A DNA stretch of 62,937 nucleotides, the filler included, from Octopus bimaculoides (lineage: Eukaryota): NCBI RefSeq assembly GCF_001194135.2. It is 5 parts of 5 records of this genome, joined end to end, with 100 filler letters (N's around TTAATTAATTAA, not from the genome) between each part and the next. Parts side by side here need not be neighbours in the genome. Positions count along the whole stretch, not along the records: positions 23,882 to 39,184 come from NC_069005.1; positions 39,285 to 54,666 come from NC_068983.1; 3 more parts are not named here. One strand, 5' to 3'. The notes beneath the pieces are model-generated. The model was given only the letters and a program-made list of their open reading frames with translations. It made no database searches and was not told where the DNA came from. The number at the start of each line of letters is the position of its first letter. Position 1 is the stretch's first letter. Of the stretch, positions 36,194 to 46,825 are shown piece after piece. The position numbers and the translations under genes are program-made.

Positions 36194-38715
36194 NNNNNNN
36201 NNNNNNNNNNNNNNNNNNNNNNNNNNNNNNNNNNNNNNNNNNNNNNNNNNNNNNNNNNNNNNNNNNNNNNNNNNNNNNNNNNNNNNNNNNNNNNNNNNNN
36301 NNNNNNNNNNNNNNNNNNNNNNNNNNNNNNNNNNNNNNNNNNNNNNNNNNNNNNNNNNNNNNNNNNNNNNNNNNNNNNNNNNNNNNNNNNNNNNNNNNNN
36401 NNNNNNNNNNNNNNNNNNNNNNNNNNNNNNNNNNNNNNNNNNNNNNNNNNNNNNNNNNNNNNNNNNAGAGAGAGAGAGAGAGAGGAGGCAATCAGAATTT
36501 TGGATAACTTCTTTATTAGCGCTTTCGTTCATTTAACCAGACTCTTCAAGAAAAATTGAATCAAAATAATATTTTGGTTCAATTTTTCTTGAAGCGTTTG
36601 GTTAAACGAACAAAAGCACTAACAAAGAATTATCCAAAATTCTGACTAAATGAATGATGGAGACCTTTGGCAACATGCTGTGCTTGAGAAGACCCCATCA
36701 AGCCAAGTGAAATCGCAGTCATGACAGATACTGGTGTCACGCAAATGGCACCTGTGCCAGTGACATATAAAAGCATTACTTACAGCCCTGGTCAAACCAT
36801 CCAACCCATACCGGCATGGACAACAGATGTTAAATGATGATCACACACACTCAATGCAATTTACACGTGTATATATCATCATCATCATTTAACATCTGTT
36901 TTCCATGCTGGCATGAGTTGCACAGTTTAACTGGAGCTGGTAAGGCCAGAGTCTGCACCAGGCTCCTTTGTCTGTTCTGGTATGGTTTCTACAGCTGGAT
37001 GCCCTTCCTAACATGCCAACCACTCCACAGTGTATACAGAGTGCTTTTTATGTGGCATCAGTGCTGATATCAATTCTGATTCTGCTGTGTGTATGTATAT
37101 ACACACACACAGACAAACACACACACAAAGAAGGGGTACTTATACACACACATATATATATATATATATATACAAACATTAGGGTACATACAGGCCAGTT
37201 TGGAGCTTTCCTCAAGATGAAATACGATATTGCTCTCAGTGAGAGAAATGCTAAGTTGGGGTGGCATTTTAGCAACATCACAAGAACGGGGTTGTAATTC
37301 TGTTCCCGCTTCAATGTCAGACCGATGCAGAGCCACTTTGTCTTTCTGGAAAGCTGAACTGTGGGAATTGATGGTCTTGGGATATTCGGCACTAAGATTG
37401 GTTGAAGTGACAGAACTGGAGGAAACAGTACTTTCAGCATGCAGCTTGGTTGAAGAACTGCTAGATTTGGAAGTCAACGGACATTCAGCACTCAGCCTGG
37501 TCAAACTAACAGACTTAGAGGTCGCAGAACCAGCAGACAGCTTAGTTGAAGAGACAGATTTGGAGATGACAGAACGTTCAGCACTACGTTTGGTTGTACT
37601 GACAGAATTAGAGGTCGCAGGATGGTCAGCAGACAGTTTGGCTGAAGAGACAGGCTTGGGGGTTACAGGATTCTTAGAAGTCAGACTGGTCGAACTGTAA
37701 GATTTCGAAATCACAGGATGTTTGCTACTCAGCTTGGTTGAAGCTAAACTTGCTCGGTCGTCTGGGACATTCAGTGTTATTGCCTGCAGTGGTGGTCGAC
37801 CAGGACTAGTTTTAGGAGCGGCGGAGCTTGGCAAGACATGCAGTTGCTGAAATAGAGAAAGGTTGAAATAGTTACATACTAATGACAGGAATGAGAGTAA
37901 CATAATGAATTTAAACAATCAATGTAACTGGAACAACAACAACAACAACAACACTAGAACAACACAAGCAAAACAAAAATGCAAGATTGGCTATTTAAAG
38001 TGACTATATATTGACATATTGACTGTACAGTCACTATATGTGAATGTGTGCATATCATCATCATTTAACCCTTTCGTAACTGTATTTATTTTGAGATGCT
38101 CTGTGTTTCTTTCAATTACTTTAAATATAACAGAGAATTTAGTAAAATAAACTTAGTTATCATTCAGCTAGTGTTGGGAACATAAATTGTGACTAAAGTT
38201 TGTAGAAGATTTTAATTCAGAACTTATGAAAACAAGACATTTGTACTACAGAGCCAGAGGCGGTTTCAGCCAGGTTGGTATCGAAAGGGTTAAATGTAAG
38301 AAAGAATTTAGTAAAATAACTTAGTTATCATTAAGCTAGTGTTAAGAACATAAATTGTGATTAAGGTTTGGTGGAAGATTTTAATTCAGAACTTATGAAA
38401 ACAAGACATTTGTACTCAGAGCCAGAGCCAGTTTCAGCCAGGTTGGTAACAAAAGAGTTAACATCCATTTTCCATGCTGGTATGGATTAGGTGGCTTCAC
38501 AAGCGCTTTCCAGACACCAACTGTCTGTTTTGGCATGGTTTCTGTGGCTGGATGCCCTTCTTAATGCCAACCATCATACCCCACTCCCTATTTTGTTATT
38601 TTAACAACAACAATAATGTTATCTTACTAAAACTTCATCTGCTGTTGTCACATAGATGTAGATTCCTTCAACACCTGGGGCTTCAGTACAGGAGACCTGC
38701 ACACTTTCCACTTTA
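26980..38715 (-). CDS. CEP192: CEP192/SPD-2-like centrosomal protein, C-terminal ~487 aa, 9 exons, 5' end not found in window
   Basis: Exons 38628-38715, 37192-37846, 35759-35844, 34787-34876, 32769-32894, 31769-31839, 29324-29441, 28377-28441, 26980-27145. All have GT-AG ends and the phases chain without a break (2-0,0-1,1-0,0-0,0-0,0-2,2-0,0-2,2-stop). Peptides NYVEITNNSQRTVQWSL..PY, IPIIFYP, AFYPCHLGETLKTKVIIKN and VKLPVYFTP match, from recall, the last ASH domains of human CEP192 (NYLELENHGTTDVKWHLS..PY, VSITFLP, RFRPTSVGESRTLKVNLRN, INMPVQFKP). No search was run. Confidence 0.85.
28377..28441 (-). CDS. CEP192: CEP192-like exon: VAISDEDGDSPFSANVRSFTI
   Basis: Acceptor ATTCTGCTGCAG, donor GTAAGT, 65 nt, phase 0-2. 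Confidence 0.8.
28761..28803 (-). ncRNA. Minimal type I hammerhead ribozyme (Penelope-type)
   Basis: Minus strand reads UCCAGA-CUGAUGA-cGAG caaaga CUCa-GAA-ACAUGUC^UCUGGA: 6-bp stem I, both core boxes intact, palindromic stem III (ACAUGU) and a GUC cleavage triplet. Confidence 0.75.
29324..29441 (-). CDS. CEP192: CEP192-like exon: NTNLSLEVKSNVMAFYPCHLGETLKTKVIIKNRSQQSIK
   Basis: Acceptor ATCTTTCAG, donor GTAAAC, 118 nt, phase 2-0; start of the last ASH domain. Confidence 0.85.
30798..31045. repeat. Minisatellite with core ACACTGGATTAAGTCA(CTTC)AAATATAC
   Basis: About 8 imperfect 20-35 bp units. Confidence 0.75.
31287..31740 (+). mobile_element. SINE family A (antisense in a CEP192 intron)
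   Basis: GGAGTGGCTGTGTGGTAAG head through to tail; N10 overlap artefact inside. Confidence 0.85.
31769..31839 (-). CDS. CEP192: CEP192-like linker exon: FLDNDVLNPKVASTTAEMFMPSL
   Basis: Acceptor CCTTCTCTTTAG, donor GTAAGT, 71 nt, phase 0-2, which fits both neighbouring exons. Confidence 0.75.
32769..32894 (-). CDS. CEP192: CEP192-like exon: IPIIFYPQVFLDCTFVCHQNCLLEFTSTSDDNCSTHPVTLQA
   Basis: Acceptor CTTCATCTTTCAG, donor GTAAGT, 126 nt, phase 0-0. Confidence 0.85.
34787..34876 (-). CDS. CEP192: CEP192-like exon: NEGKTTVMRSYDMFKIFQLSGLLFSGQTYQ
   Basis: Acceptor TTTATCTGCAG, donor GTAAGT, 90 nt, phase 0-0. Confidence 0.85.
35759..35844 (-). CDS. CEP192: CEP192-like exon: (C)NYVEITNNSQRTVQWSLDNQMEFPYFSN
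   Basis: Acceptor TTTTTTCCAG, donor GTAAGA, 86 nt, phase 1-0; start of an ASH domain. Confidence 0.85.
37192..37846 (-). CDS. CEP192: CEP192-like large Ser/Thr-rich linker exon (QLHVLP...EESSKLA)
   Basis: Acceptor CTCTATTTCAG, donor GTATGT, 655 nt, phase 0-1; lies inside ORF 37070-37918. Confidence 0.85.
38065..38461. mobile_element. piggyBac-type MITE with a duplicated right arm, inserted in an RTE tail
   Basis: TTAA-CCCTTTCG...CGAAAGGG-TTAA (38065-38293), then a second right arm ending AAAAGAG-TTAA (38461); host sequence CATCATCAT|TTAA|CATCCATTTTCCATGC. Confidence 0.85.
38628..38715 (-). CDS. CEP192: CEP192-like exon: KVESVQVSCTEAPGVEGIYIYVTTADEVL
   Basis: Acceptor TTTTGTTTTCCAG, donor GTAAGA, 88 nt, phase 2-0. 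Confidence 0.75.
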
Positions 38716-39184
38716 CTGGAAAACAAAAATAAATACATAAACATTATACAAGGGTTTCATTTTGCAGCTGGAGAAAAATTTCTGAACAAGTGGATACTAT
38801 TGTTGTTAATAATAATAACAACAACAACAATAAGAAGAATAACAATAATAATAACAATAACAATAATAATAATAATCTTTTCTACTGGACACACAAGGCC
38901 TCAAATTTCTGGAGAGGGGACTAGTCGATTACATCAACCCCAATGTTTCACTGGTACTTAATTTATTGACCCCAAAAGGAAGAAAGGCAAAGTCTGGAGA
39001 TATTTCTACTGAATGCACACCTAGGTAAAATGAGGTAACCCTCCACTTGTTCCTTTCAAACAAAAACACATGAGAACTCAACAGATTTGAGCATACGACC
39101 CACAAGTAGATGGTGGCTCATCAACTTATCCACTGAGCCACTATTATCCCCCCACAACTGTAAATATTAATAGCATATTAACCC

Positions 39185-39284
39185 NNNNNNNNNNNNNNNN
39201 NNNNNNNNNNNNNNNNNNNNNNNNNNNNTTAATTAATTAANNNNNNNNNNNNNNNNNNNNNNNNNNNNNNNNNNNNNNNNNNNN
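39185..39284. other. Artificial scaffold spacer (ends the CEP192 scaffold)
   Basis: N44-TTAATTAATTAA-N44. Confidence 0.95.
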
Positions 39285-40559
39285 TATATATATATATATA
39301 TATATATATGTAAATACACACGTAGACACATAGGCTTGGAACTAATGAGTGTGTGTATACATATGTATAGTAAACATAAGATTGTATATAATGCTGCGTG
39401 CACACACATACACACACACAAACATTTATAATTTTTATTTAAGAGTGTCTTTGTGTATGTGTGATCAGTTTTCTATTGTAAAGGAGTTTGCATAAAGAAA
39501 TATACACCACTCTATACAAGTGTTGAATAAAATATATTTTGTTATCGTCAGTTCATGAGACTAGCGCATCTTCACTAATAGTTTTGTGTCAGAATTCATA
39601 CAGCAGTCAATCGTCGGATGATGCACTATGAATAAATTTTCATGAAGCTATATTTGTTCGTGTGAGTGTGTGTTTATTTGCTTGCGCGTGTGTTTGTGTG
39701 TCAATGTACCCATATGTATGTTTGTCTATATATATATNNNNNNNNNNNNNNNNNNNNNNNNNNNNNNNNNNNNNNNNNNNNNNNNNNNNNNNNNNNNNNN
39801 NNNNNNNNNNNNNNNNNNNNNNNNNNNNNNNNNNNNNNNNNNNNNNNNNNNNNNNNNNNNNNNNNNNNNNNNNNNNNNNNNNNNNNNNNNNNNNNNNNNN
39901 NNNNNNNNNNNNNNNNNNNNNNNNNNNNNNNNNNNNNNNNNNNNNNNNNNNNNNNNNNNNNNNNNNNNNNNNNNNNNNNNNNNNNNNNNNNNNNNNNNNN
40001 NNNNNNNNNNNNNNNNNNNNNNNNNNNNNNNNNNNNNNNNNNNNNNNNNNNNNNNNNNNNNNNNNNNNNNNNNNNNNNNNNNNNNNNNNNNNNNNNNNNN
40101 NNNNNNNNNNNNNNNNNNNNNNNNNNNNNNNNNNNNNNNNNNNNNNNNNNNNGTATATTATTTTGATATTTTTAATAATTTTTCTATCTTTATAAAATAA
40201 GTATTTTATATAAATTCCTTTGGTACTTATTGTTGGTTGATATATATATTTATGTATTATAATTATTGTTCTATTTAAGACCTGACGATTAGCTGTATTT
40301 TTGAATATAATTTATTTTCGATAATTTTTATTGATTTTAATCGATTTAAATTTCCTTTCTATTTGAAAATTAGTTATGAAACACGTGTAGTCCTTTTATT
40401 ATCTTTATCGTATGATATTTACTTTGTTTTATATTATACTCATTTATTGTGCTTTTAATTATTAATTTTTCTATACGTGATAGTGGATTTTCATCGATGA
40501 GTTCATGAAACTTCGTTCTTTTCCCTAAAACTATATATATACATATATATATATCTTCC

Positions 40560-41210
40560 TCAGAGTGAAAGCAGCCTGTGTGATGCATGTGTGCGAACAG
40601 CTATGCTACACAGCAGTGAAACATGGGCTGTGACCGCCGAGGACATGCGTAGGCTTGTGAGAGATGAAGCTAGCATTCTTCGCTGCATATGCAATGTCGC
40701 TGTGCATCTTACCAGAGAGTTTAAGAGTCTTGAGAGAAAAGTTGGGCATTAGAATTATCAGATGTGGTGTGCAACAGGGGCGACTGCGCTAGTATGATCA
40801 CTTGATGCGTATGGATGAGGATAACTGTGTAAAGAAGTGCCTATCTCTAACTGTGGAGAGAACCTGCAGTAGAGGTAGACATAGGAAGTCTTTGGGCCTT
40901 ACGGAGGCAATAACTAGCGGCCGAGAACATTGTCGATATGCCATACTTGAGAAAACCCTTCAAGCCAAGTGAAATTGTAGTTACGTAACAGGCACCCGTG
41001 CCGGTAGCACGTAAAAAGCACCTTTCGAGCGTTGGCCTTCACAAAGGCAGTGACAAATGACCGAGACCTCTTGCAATATGCCGTTCTTGAGTAGAAGAAC
41101 ATTCAACCATAGAAACCATGTCAAATTAAACTGGAGTCTGGTGCAGCTCCTCAGCTTACCATTCCTAGTCAAACCGTCCAGCACATGACAGCCTGGACAA
41201 CGGGCGATAA

Positions 41211-41270
<60 letters not shown>
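40560..41270 (+). mobile_element. Older fragment of the same RTE family (RT C-terminus plus 3' tail)
   Basis: Collinear with 18782-19230 and ends in a long (GAT)n. Confidence 0.8.
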
Positions 41271-41272
<2 letters not shown>

Positions 41273-41284
41273 ATATGTATGCAT

Positions 41285-41530
41285 TCACCTTCTTGGCTTC
41301 GCTTCGCGAACAAAGAGTAAGAAGAGACTGGTCCACATTGTCTGCAGACGCGCTTGTTAACAAGGTCAATATCCGGACAGAAAGGCACGGCTGCAGTGGC
41401 TGCAGTTGAAGGTCTGGTCAGGATTTGATAACGTGGTGTTGTGGTTCTTCCTCCTGCACCTGTTTTTCCTTTGTTCGTCTTTGAGCGTTGCTCTGCGAGT
41501 GTCATCGAAGGAGGAAACAATATGGTTTTA
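41285..41530 (-). mobile_element. 3' end of a second, BovB-like RTE LINE
   Basis: Minus frame VSSFDDTRRATLKDEQRKNR..TFNCSHCSRAFLS (C-terminal zinc knuckle), followed by TTCGCGAAGCGAAGCCA. Confidence 0.7.
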
Positions 41531-41759
41531 TATATATATNNNNNNNNNNNNNNNNNNNNNNNNNNNNNNNNNNNNNNNNNNNNNNNNNNNNNNNNNNNNN
41601 NNNNNNNNNNNNNNNNNNNNNNNNNNNNNNNNNNNNNNNNNNNNNNNNNNNNNNNNNNNNNNNNNNNNNNNNNNNNNNNNNNNNNNNNNNNNNNNNNNNN
41701 NNNNNNNNNNNNNNTATATATTGCCGGTTTTCGTTCTCTCTCCCTGGTCTGCATCATTC

Positions 41760-42600
41760 ATTTATCATTGTTCTGCTTTGTTTTTCATCGTGACTATGAT
41801 AAAAATATTATTAGTTCTTCAAGGTCGTTCAATTTTTCTCAATGGACTGATCGAGGAAAAAAGATGAACGAACGAACCTATAATGACTCACCGGAAACAC
41901 CTGCAAGTCGAGTTCACTACAAGTAGTATGTAATGACCAATATTTATATCTTGTCTCGTACGTACACTTATATTACGATATTCATTTGTAAAATGGTCAA
42001 CATAATGCTGTGCTTTTTTCTGATTTGTAATCTTACCTCGGTCGCATCAATATTTTTGCTGTATCTCATTTCTATTCCCGTTAAGGTAACCTATATTTTT
42101 ATTTGTTGTTGTCTTTTTATTCCTATGTTTCCCGTTTGTTCTAGGAACAGACCCTGCATGTGGAGGCTGTATCAGAAAAACATTCTCAGGTGGTCGTTAC
42201 TGGTCTCATTAATATCTCTTGTATTTGGCTTTTTCATGGGCTACATGTTTTGCCAGTTAGTTTTTCTCAGTTCTTTTGTACAAGGTATACTTAATAAGGA
42301 TTTCTCACCCCTTGAGGTCTGGCGGTAACATTTAAGATTAGGTCTTTATAGATAATATCTATGTTTAAATATTTCTCTTAGGCATTGCAAGACTAATAAC
42401 CTGGTGTAGAACTCAATGTACACTTGCTTCAGAACTAAGCGTTAGTCAAGTACAGAACGGCAATAAGAAGATGCGATGACAAAGAAATAAACGATTATCT
42501 CATGAACTTCATTAGCTGACAGTTGTTTCTGTTATAAGATGCAATTGACTCCTAGTTGAGTGCCCGAGTAACATCTTATAGCTTCATCAGAGCCTCGAAC
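41760..42600 (-). mobile_element. Probable 5' end of a Penelope-like element (hammerhead followed by decayed K/N-rich sequence)
   Basis: Hammerhead at 42514-42594 lies upstream on the minus strand; pieces of the same repeat recur at 590-780 and 5020-5100. Confidence 0.45.
42514..42594 (-). ncRNA. Type I hammerhead-like ribozyme with long stem II
   Basis: GGCU-CUGAUGA-agc UAUAAGAUG...CAUCUUAUA aca-GAAAC AACU GUC^AGCU; a perfect 9-bp helix in stem II, with mismatches at its base. Confidence 0.5.
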
Positions 42601-43424
42601 AATGTCTACTATTAAAAAAGTGTCCACACAATTTATATCTTACGTTGACATTCAGATTGACGTATTTTATATTTTCTGTCAGTCAATTTCACAAAATGTC
42701 AAGACATGCTGCGAAATCTCAATAACAAACCAGTGCGTTGTTCTATCGCATTCCTTCAAACAATAGTTATCTTTCTAGATACAGAGTTGTCGCATATGAC
42801 ATACATGGATAAAACTGTATTAATGACTACAGTTCCATAGCTATAACTCTTATGTTACTTGTAGAATACTACAGAGCAGTTGGTCATTAGTTATATTATT
42901 GGATGGACGTTTGCACACGGAACCAAAAGTTTCTTATTTCTTTACTGCCCAGAAGGAGCTACACGCGGAGGGGACAAACAGGTACAGACAAAAGATTAAG
43001 TCGATTATATCGACCCCAGTGCGTGACCCGGTACTTATTTGATCTACCCCGAAAGGATGAAAGACAAAGTCGACCACGGCGGAATTTGAACTTAGAATGT
43101 AGCGGCAGATGAAATACCGCTAAGCATTTCGCCCGGTGTGCTAACGTTTCTGCCAGCTCGGAGCCAAAAGTTTCTGTTCCGGTTACACACAAGGAAACTC
43201 TACCGAGCCAGCGTGGCCGATCAGTCTTGTAAGAAGTAGTAACTATATCTCATTTAAATTACACAATTAGTCTTAAAAGGACCCTATTGGGTACTATTTC
43301 CAAAAAATATTAAACATGAAAACAATATCGAACCACGGCTGGAATCACATTCATTATATAGACGGGTTCACAGACTGGTTCCACATAGCACTTAGAATTC
43401 TTCTCTTCTTTGTTTCACGACTTG

Positions 43425-43492
<68 letters not shown>

Positions 43493-45036
43493 GTCTGTCT
43501 ATCTGTCTGTCTGTCTGTTTGTCTGTTTGAGAATGTGTGTATATGTGTGTGTATGTGTGCATATGTGTATGTATGTGTGTATGTGGTAACGCATGGTTTA
43601 GCGGTAAAGGTGTTGCATTCATGATCGTATGATCGAGGGTTCGATCCTGGACCTAGCGATGCGTTGAGTTCTTGAGCAAAACACTTCACTTCACTTCACT
43701 TTGCTCCAGTCCACTCAGCTGACACAAATGAGTAATCCTACGATGAGCCGGCATCCTATCCAGCGGTGAGGGAATATATATGCCACAGAATCCGGGAAAC
43801 CAGTCTTATGATTCTATGGCCAGGGAGGGACCTTCGATCGGGATTCTATGGTCGGGAGGGACCTTTTGTATGTATGTATGTATGTATGTATGTATGTATG
43901 TATGTATGTATGTATGTATACAGAAAGAAGAAGAAGAGAGAGAGAAAAGGCAAGGACAGAGAGGGCGATCGAAAGTCAGAAAGTGTATAAAAGTTAGTGT
44001 TTATTTCATGTATCAATAGCATCCTAACTGATAAAAAAGTTCAAATCAACCTGGAGTGCACTCTAGTCTGTATATCCCAAAGTCAAAGCTGGTCGGATAG
44101 ACGTATGTCTAAAAAGTTTCCAGTCGTGACTATCATCCATGTTTTAGAAGGATATCTACTGCATGAACTGTACGCTTTCTATATTTTCGAAATCGGCTTG
44201 AGCGATTTAGCTGCTATTTCTAGACTGTAGAAGACCTCTCGAGCTGGTTCGTTTTATAATAACAGGTATTATTGTTCAGTAGGGCAACTTCCTATCATAA
44301 CTCCCACGCAAATAGATATATACAATTAAGGAACTTGCACACAGATACATTAAACGCCTGCAACAGATGTTAATCCAATAACTTAAACAAGGCAGTGATT
44401 ATATTTTCTTTTCCCTATATATGTGTGTATGTGTGAATAAGACACACACACATACGCGCGCACAATGGCCCATATGTAGTGGCAATTTCTAAAGTTTGGA
44501 AGCAACTAAATAAATGTATAGCGTCTAGTCAATTGCGTTCGGCGATGAGGTAATAGTGATACGCTATGGTTCATATATATATATATANNNNNNNNNNNNN
44601 NNNNNNNNNNNNNNNNNNNNNNNNNNNNNNNNNNNNNNNNNNNNNNNNNNNNNNNNNNNNNNNNNNNNNNNNNNNNNNNNNNNNNNNNNNNNNNNNNNNN
44701 NNNNNNNNNNNNNNNNNNNNNNNNNNNNNNNNNNNNNNNNNNNNNNNNNNNNNNNNNNNNNNNNNNNNNNNNNNNNNNNNNNNNNNNNNNNNNNNNNNNN
44801 NNNNNNNNNNNNNNNNNNNNNNNNNNNNNNNNNNNNNNNNNNNNNNNNNNNNNNNNNNNNNNNNNNNNNNNNNNNNNNNNNNNNNNNNNNNNNNNNNNNN
44901 NNNNNNNNNNNNNNNNNNNNNNNNNNNNNNNNNNNNNNNNNNNACACACACATGCATGTGCGCGCGCACACACACACACATACATGCATACATACGGAGA
45001 GACAGAAAAAGTGGAGAGAGAGAGAGAGAGAGAAAA

Positions 45037-45078
<42 letters not shown>

Positions 45079-46192
45079 CCGGAGTAAGTACATGAACGGG
45101 AACGTGAAACTCAGAGTAACGGTTTTTTTGTTATATTTCTGCTGCTTTTAAATAAAGTATATATATATACAAATTCATAGAACCCATTTCTGTGAAAGAA
45201 GATCCAAATCCAAATAAATATATACAGGGATATGCAGGAGGGATTGAGAGGATAGGAAGTGATAGAGTAGTAAACGGAGTGGGCGTGAGGAGAAATCGAC
45301 AGACAGACTGACTGAGAGACAGAGTAAGAGAGACTGAGAAAGAAGAGATAGTGTGTGTATGTGTGTGTGAGTTTGAGAGAGAGAGAAGGGGGAGGAGAAT
45401 GAGAGAGAATAAATGATATAACAGAAATCTTCTCCAATTTCTTGATTATTTCTTAGTTCAGTCGAAAAACCACAAAACTATTTTCATATCAGATTCCTTA
45501 TGGTTCATTACAAAAACACACACACACACACACACACAAAATGATGCAAAAAATAAAAAGCAATGCAAAATCTAGACAAAGCAAAAGTGAAACGAAATAA
45601 AACGAAACGAAATACAAGTAAATATGTTATCGTTTGGTTAGACTTACTTAAAGAGCACAATTGGAACATTGGATGGCGAAAAGACGGCGGCGAGAGAGAG
45701 AAAAATAAAGAAAAGATGAAATATAACGGGCAGGTGGGAAACAGTTGGACGTTGTTTGGTGTTACCCAATAACATCAACAACAATAGCAATAATCCGTTT
45801 CTTTCCACACCAGAAACAACCCTTATTACCGCCCCGCTACCAACATTACTACCACCACCACTACTACTACTACCACCACGACCAGCAACCACGTCAATAT
45901 AAACCATAGAATTTTATTACCTATTTATGGTGGTTATTTTTAAAGCTGGTTTTATCTGCACCATTTTCTTGTTTCTGTTGATGTTGTTGCCTTCATTTTT
46001 CTTTGCTGATGTACTTCTGTTGTTTGTTTTTTTCCTTATCGTTTATATTTCTTCTTTTTATTATTTTTACCTGTAGAGTGCTGAACAAAATGCCTTGTGA
46101 TATTCAATTACCACCCTTTCTGTTGCGAGTTCAAATCCCTCTATGGTAGATTTTACCGCCAATCATCTCAGAGGAGTAGCTCTGTGCATATA

Positions 46193-46825
46193 GGCGCAGG
46201 AGTGGCTGTGTGGTAAGTAGCCTGCTTACCAACCACATGGTTTCGTGTTCAGTCCCACTGCGTGGCACCTTGGGCAACTGTCTTCTACTATAGCCTCGGG
46301 CCGTCCAGAGCCTTGTGAGTGGATTTGGTAGACGGAAACTCAAAGAATCCCGTCGTATATATGTATATGTATATATGTGTGTTTGTGTGTCTGTGNNNNN
46401 NNNNNTCAGAGGAGTAGCTCTGTGCATATAGGCGCAGGAGTGGCTGTGTGGTAAGTAGCCTGCTTACCAACCACATGGTTTCGTGTTCAGTCCCACTGCG
46501 TGGCACCTTGGGCAACTGTCTTCTACTATAGCCTCGGGCCGTCCAGAGCCTTGTGAGTGGATTTGGTAGACGGAAACTCAAAGAATCCCGTCGTATATAT
46601 GTATATGTATATATGTGTGTTTGTGTGTCTGTGTTTGTCTCCCCCCCCCTCCAACATCGCTTGATGTGCTGATGTGTTTACGTCCCCGTAACTTAGCGGT
46701 TCGGCAAAAGAGACCGATAGAATAAGTACTAGGCTTACAACGAATAAGTCCTGGGGTCGATTTGCTCGACTAAAGGCGGTGCTCCAGCATGGCCACAGTC
46801 AAATAACTGAAACAAGTAAAAGAGA
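46193..46825 (+). mobile_element. SINE family A (young copy)
   Basis: Near-consensus; the apparent head duplication flanks an N10 gap. Confidence 0.85.

Larger units (their letters stand above)
12753..37065. mobile_element. Short RTE 3'-tail fragments at 12753-12947(-), 27672-27917(+), 36660-36840(+), 36878-37065(-)
   Basis: GGAAGGGCATCCAGCTGTAGAAAC..CATGCTAGCATGGAAAGCGGACGTTAAAC(GAT)n, matching the LINE end at 19960-20096; the coordinates span scattered copies. Confidence 0.85.

Noticed and set aside
37230-37700. 156-aa plus-strand ORF
   Set aside because: Antisense shadow of the repetitive CEP192 exon
41933-42328. 131-aa hydrophobic ORF as a membrane protein
   Set aside because: Lies within a dispersed repeat and is best explained as the antisense of a K/N-rich transposon strand
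46168-46625. Perfect tandem duplications around 10-N gaps (also near 22998-23143 and 31406-31515)
   Set aside because: Identical sequence on both sides of N10 is the signature of unmerged contig overlaps
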